This document shows, piece after piece, positions 58,696 to 64,000 of a DNA stretch of 64,000 nt. Where the stretch lies: the NCBI RefSeq assembly GCF_032191835.1, contig NC_083232.1, positions 92,752,001 to 92,816,000 on the forward strand, in the 5' to 3' direction. The notes under the pieces were generated by a model. The model did not search any database and was not told the DNA's origin. It saw nothing but the letters and a program-made list of their open reading frames with translations. The position numbers and the translations under genes are program-made. Origin of the DNA: Heteronotia binoei (taxonomy: Eukaryota). Every line of letters starts with the position of its first letter. Within the stretch, counting starts at the first letter, position 1.

Positions 58696-60341
58696 CTATA
58701 GTTGTTTAGGGGAGAAAAACGGGGTATAAATGAAGTAAAAACAATAGAAACTCTATGGCTATTAACCTCATTAGAAAAGTCCTCTTACCAATTAACCAGT
58801 CCAGTTTTCTGCATGAATAACTCATTCAGAATAATAGAACAGTTATAAGCAGAATGTGTGGACTGCGCCATGAATGTTTGAAAGGGTGCTAGGCTTGAAT
58901 CAGTGCCAGATTAAACCCTGTGGAGGTTTCTAGGCAGTTGAAATCTTGGGGGGGCCCTCACAAATTACCTCAGAGTCTGAGTGCCCACCCCGCTGCCCAT
59001 GGCCCCCGCTGCAGCCACCTTCTTAAAAGCCCCTTTTACTAAGCTGCAGGGGAGAGGCAGAGAGAGGCAAACTTGGTGACAACGCCAGCAGCAGCTGCAC
59101 CAGGCAAGTCAGGCGAAGAGCGGCTTAGTTGTTGGCTGTGCGTGCAGGCTGGGAGGGCTGCAAGCAGGGGGTGAAATGGGGGGAAAGCCAGCCTGGGGGC
59201 CCTGAGGGCATGGGGGCCCCTAAAGGCCAGTGCCTGCTTGGCCTAGTTGTTAATCCAGCCCTGGCTTCAAAAGAGACAGGATGCAAAAGAATGAGGTTGC
59301 CACATCTAACTTGAAAACACATTTGAAGGCATCAAGCGCCTTCCGTATTTTTACATTGTAAAGGAACCTCTGGCAAACTCTTCAAAATGGCTGCGCTCTG
59401 CCTTGGTTTCCTACAAAGCGCAAGGTATAACCTCATTTTTTTTAAGCAATTCAGAAGACCCATAGTTAGAACTCCCAGATTTTTTTGAGATGCAAAGTAG
59501 GATTCCCTTTTTCTCCTTCTACAAAAAATGACATTCAGGACTCATCAGTCGTGAGATATGCAGAGCGATGCTTCTTTAAGACGCCGAGAGCCAGCAAAAG
59601 AACGAACGTCGTGCTTTTCCAAGGCGCTTTTCAGAAGGAAGGCAAGGCAGAGAGATCACAGCCTTCTCGGATGCATCCGATGGCAGCTGACGCTCAGCAA
59701 AATCCTTTGCCGGAGTTAATCTGTTGGACTTTGCCTGTCACCCATTTCCCTTCACAAGTGCTTCTTAATTGGGCTGCTTGAAAGTTCATCTCTCTTTTTT
59801 TTTGCCTACAGAAAGAATCTGTAGCGTTCCCATCAAATGAACAGATTTTTCTCCCCCATCTCTCTCCCAGTGTGATCTCAATCAAAGCATGTCAAGATTA
59901 TTCTCCCTTCCTTCCCAAAGCTTCCTCTTGCTACTTTGCAGCGTATGTTTCATTTAAAAGAGAAAAACACACACACACACACACACATAGAAAATCAGAA
60001 TTCAGCAACTGGGACCTTCAGAAATCCCTTTGCCTGAGGTTCCCCCACCTCCGTAGACAGTCTCCCTCACATCCACCATCCCACCACCAAAGAGGACAAC
60101 TGGCCCACCAGCTGCAGAATTGGGACAGAGAGGGGGTTCCAGCACCATGGCCCTCTTCCATCCATAGTCCGGCTCTCTGTGCTCATGGTGGTCAGAGCAC
60201 TTCCTCTCCAGACAGGTGTGGTGCCTTCCCTTTTCTAAGATTCCTGGCCCCGCCGCCAACCTGGCCTCTCTCTGTGATATCCTCCTACTCTCAGCTCCTG
60301 AGTGTGCAGCAATAATCAGTCCTTTCTGATGATCAGCAGGG

Positions 60342-60886
60342 CCGGCCCTCCCACTAGGCAGATTAGGCATTTGCCTAGGGCGCTGGGCTGGGGAGGGCGC
60401 CAAATTGGGCCCTCCTAGCCCGGAGCTATAGGCAAATGCCCAGATTTTGCTGCCTGTGAGCCGGAGCCCAGTTCTGGCTCAGAGAGCGTTACAAAGACTG
60501 CATGCTAGCCATAAGCCCTCCCCACCCACTCTCTTATTATTCCGATCATCAGAGAGTGAGCGGTGAGCGGGCCTGGCTGGCACACAGTTTCTGTATCACT
60601 CTCTGAGCATCCTCTGCCTGGAGGATGCTCAGGGAGCGATACAGAGACTGTGCACTGACCTGGAGCCCATCCCACCCTTTTCTGATCATTCTGATCTTCA
60701 GAGAGCAGGCGGGGAGGGTGCCTGGCCAGCGCACGGTCTCTCTATCGCTCTCTGAGCATCCTCAGTTGTTGGTGGTGGGGGGCGGGCAGGGGCAGAGCAC
60801 AGATAAAAGGGGAGGGGGCAGCACCATGGAGGGGGCAAAGGGTGGCAAGTCTGCCTGGGCGCCACGCACCCTAGGGCTCGCCCTGA
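60342..60886. mobile_element. hAT-like MITE containing an internal hairpin
   Basis: Ends CAGGGCCGGCCCT / AGGGCTCGCCCTG. Confidence 0.6.
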
Positions 60887-60974
60887 TGGTCTGTAAAGTT
60901 TCATATTATTGATAGACACTTCCCAGCAGTATGACTCTCTCTGTCAGATCTGGCTCTTCCAGGAAGGGCCAGAT

Positions 60975-61022
60975 CTTTATACCCCACTTTATACCCCACT
61001 TTATACCCCACTTTATACCCCA
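60975..61022. repeat. 12-bp minisatellite (CTTTATACCCCA)x4
   Basis: Read directly; it gives the IKWG repeat in the ORF track. Confidence 0.95.
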
Positions 61023-61799
61023 CCCAAACTTATAGCCCAAAAGGCCTGCACAAAGCAAGCGTGAATGTGTCTTGCCCAGCCCCGCATCTGTGCATAGCAA
61101 ATGCCAAGACAGTCTCTGAGTGAGAGATATAATGTCCTTTAAGTTCAGGCACAGGCCTCTCCACCAGGGCAGAATGATTACTTGGTAAGTTACAGACAGA
61201 GGCAAAGTGAGCACAGCAACAGGGCTGGATTAACGATTAGGCCAAGTAGGGGCCCCAGGCCAGCTCCCCCTCATTTCCCCCCTGCTTGCAGCCCTCCCAG
61301 CCTGCGTGTGCAGCCAGCAATTGAGCTGCTCTTTGCCTGACTTGCCTCATGTGGCTGACGGCGGCATTCCCAAGTTTGCCTCTCTCTACTTCTCCCCCCA
61401 CAGCTTTGTTAAAGGGGCTTTTGAGAAGGTGCCTGCAGGCTGTAGCGGCAGCCATGGCACTGCACAGCAAGATAAAATAAAACTCCCCCAGACATTCCCA
61501 TAGCAGTTACAGAGGATAACAGGAATACAAAAAGACAATATCAGTGGCAAGGCCCCTTGACACCCACCTGGGGGACTATAAAAGGATAAGGAAGCCTTCC
61601 CTGCCCTCTGTTGCCTGCCTCACAGTCTCAGCCTTGCCCTCTGACCACACCCTTCCTACCAGCCATGCCACAAACTAGAGAGGTGCTGTCATAGCTGTCT
61701 ACAGGCAGAATCCACCCTGACTCTTCCTCTGCTTGGGTAGACTCCACCCCAGCTTCCCCCTGAGTTTCTTTCTTTGTTACTCAACGAAGAACCACTCTG

Positions 61800-62164
61800 T
61801 TATGTATTGTGTTGTACTGGGGTCTTGCTGCCAGAGCTTGGGACAGGCACTCCTTGCAAACCAGGATCCTGAAGCCTGGAAGAACTGGCCAATCAGGATG
61901 CTAGGCATGTACCAACTTGTAACAAAGAGATGCAAATGAAAGATTCTGGAGTAAGCCAATCAGGATGCTAGGCATGTAACAACTTGTAACAGAGATGCAA
62001 ATAAAGGATTCTGGAGTGAGCCAATAGGAGTAACTGTTGCCTGCTAGGGGGTGTCTGGGGCCATGGCCAGAGTGTATATCATGAGTGAAGTGCCTGTGCT
62101 GTTTCTTCTTGCAATAAAGTGTTCTTGGTTGAGTCACAGCTGGCTGAACTCACTTTATTTCACA
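61800..62164 (+). mobile_element. Solo-LTR-like element with a duplicated ~65-bp CCAAT-containing repeat
   Basis: GCCAATCAGGATGCTAGGCATGTA.CAACTTGTAAC occurs twice, followed by AATAAA and a TTCACA end. A second LTR-like TATA segment lies at ~61505-61680. Confidence 0.55.
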
Positions 62165-62560
62165 CCCTGATTCTTTCCTTGAACTGAGAGTTTCTTGTCC
62201 TGTCCATAGGGTGCTAAATTGCGAATTGTATGTCGCCAACCCAAATGGCAAGTAGATCTACTTTGCATCAATCAAGAATTGTGAAAATCGATTGCATTTG
62301 TTCTCCACAGCCATAACGGAGCCTAGCAAATCAGGTGCCTGATTCATTCCTGATTTGTTTTTTTCTTCCAAAAAAAAAAATCTATGCACCATTTTGAACT
62401 GATACAAGATGCATGCATTTTGTACTAAGCACATCCATGCCCGGGAGCAAAATGTGGAGGGAAGAAACAGCCCCAGGCAAAGATAGAAAAGGAAGGATGT
62501 GTAGTCATCGCATCCCCCCAGGCTGCTCTGAGATTGGATAGCTTGCATATTAGTCTAGTT

Positions 62561-63328
62561 CAGGGGTGTCAAACATGCCATCTGTGGGCTGAATCAGACC
62601 CTCGGAGGGCTCCTATCAGGCCCCCGAGCCGCTGGCTGTCATCTGATTCCTTCTCCCTCTCTCTTGCTTCCTTCTGCATAACAGCTTGCTTTGCAAGGCT
62701 TGCTCAATTGCACAGGAGCAATAGAGCAAAACCTCTATTTTCTCCATTGGCTGAGGGAGGAAAGGGGGAGGGGAGGCAGAGCTTATTTCCTTCTCCCTCT
62801 CTCTTGCTTCCTTCTGAGTAACAGCTTGCTTTGCAAGTCTTACTCAGTTGCACAGGAGCTACAGAGCAAAACCTCTATTTTCTCTATTAGCTGAGTCTTC
62901 TTCCTTGGGGAGGAAGTGGGAAAGCAGAGCTTGCTTTTCCAGGCTCTCTCAATTGCACAGTGGAGCTACTGAGCCAAGCCTCTCTTCCTTCTATTTGCTG
63001 AGGCTCCTCCCCCCCTTCCAGTCCCCTGGGGAAGGAAGGAAAGAGCCAGCCAAAGCTTCCTTTGCTCAGTTCCCCGGATCCCATGGGAGAAATACACCTT
63101 TAAGACCAATGAGTGCTAACATTTTAAGCATGTTTTAAGTTTTTTAAAATATATATATTTAATTATGTTTGTCCGTGTCCATAAAGTTTATATCTCTGCT
63201 ACCTAATCTGAAGTAAGTACACACATGGCCCAGCCCGACATGACCCGGCCTGACCCGACATGGCCGGCCCAACAAAGTCTCATTTATGTCAGATTCGGCC
63301 CTCATAACAAATGAGTTTGACATTCCTG
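62561..63328. mobile_element. Non-autonomous hAT transposon, 768 bp
   Basis: TIRs CAGGGGTGTCAAAC / GTTTGACATTCCTG, with a perfect 8-bp TSD GTCTAGTT at 62553-62560 and 63329-63336. Confidence 0.92.
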
Positions 63329-63336
63329 GTCTAGTT

Positions 63337-63823
63337 TGACATTCCTATATGGCCGAGGACCTGCCTACCTAAGGGACCGCCTCTCCCCATATGTTCCCCA
63401 GAGAGCACTGAGATCCAGCTCTCAAAATCTTTTAACAATCCCTGGGCCAAGAGAGGCTAGATTGAAGACAACCAGGGAGCAAGCCTTCTCAGCAATGGCC
63501 CCTCGATGGTGGAATCATCTTCCAGAGATGGTACGAGCCCTGCGGGACCTGAATCAATTCCGCAGGGCTTGCAAAACATTTCTTTTCCAGCTTGCCTTTG
63601 AAACAGAACCTGGCTAAACTGATGTGTAGCCACCCAGCCATCTTGTGGATATTATGACGCATAGTAATTTAGCACCTATTTTATCCATTTTAACTAATTT
63701 ATTATGTAATTGATTATTTAAAATTGTTGTTGTATTGTATTGTTTTATTGAACCATGGAATTCCATGCCTGTGAGCCGCCCTGAGCCCGCCTTTGGCGGG
63801 GGAGGGCGGGATATAAGAATAAA

Positions 63824-63892
<69 letters not shown>
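63337..63892 (+). mobile_element. L2-clade LINE 3' end with an (ATT)n tail
   Basis: YGRGPAYLRDRLSPYVPQRALRSS..LLTIPG...QAFSAMAPRWWNHLP...FRRACKTFLFQLAF. Confidence 0.9.
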
Positions 63893-63893
<1 letters not shown>

Positions 63894-64000
63894 GTTCCTT
63901 CAGCCCCACTTTGTAGAAACAGCCATGCAGTGCTGGAATGCCGCAGCTTTCATACTGTCCGGGTTCAAATGAGATGACTGGAAGTGAGCCATTCACCCGG

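Noticed and set aside
59540-59560. Perfect CTGATGAG core on the minus strand
   Set aside because: There is no complementary stem II or correctly placed GAAA.
63735-63996. Poly-Leu and poly-Ile ORFs
   Set aside because: They are translations of the (ATT)n tail of the L2 element.

Overview
This is vertebrate nuclear DNA, not prokaryotic. The repeat content points to a squamate, most likely a gecko: Squam3C-like, Squam2-like and Sauria SINEs, a 5S-derived SINE, CR1, BovB, L1, L2 and R4/Dong LINEs, DIRS, ERV-L, and hAT and Tc2-like MITEs. Six N-gaps indicate a draft assembly. I found no complete, intact, nameable protein-coding gene; most ORF-track entries are transposon-derived or spurious. Roughly 1-20 kb and 56-64 kb are repeat-rich and look intergenic or intronic. 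The 20-56 kb region is a rearranged segmental-duplication cluster. It holds a ~7.1 kb block repeated at ~24.2 kb spacing, a ~2.9 kb near-identical repeat, and several copies of three phase-compatible plus-strand exons that end an unidentified Ser/Pro-rich protein in ...RGRVHPQ*. The most striking structure is nested. A decayed DIRS retrotransposon (41.7-47.1 kb, minus strand) is interrupted at a TA by a 2.6 kb Tc2/Kanga-like TIR element. That element is a long foldback palindrome carrying what reads as the 3' part of CLIC6 exon 1 (...QEHDISLFVK|GT) plus a CpG-rich, TATA-containing promoter-like segment. The same DIRS also contains three tandem copies of the local gene's last exon. All family assignments come from motif recognition by eye, not database searches; coordinates of decayed repeats are approximate.
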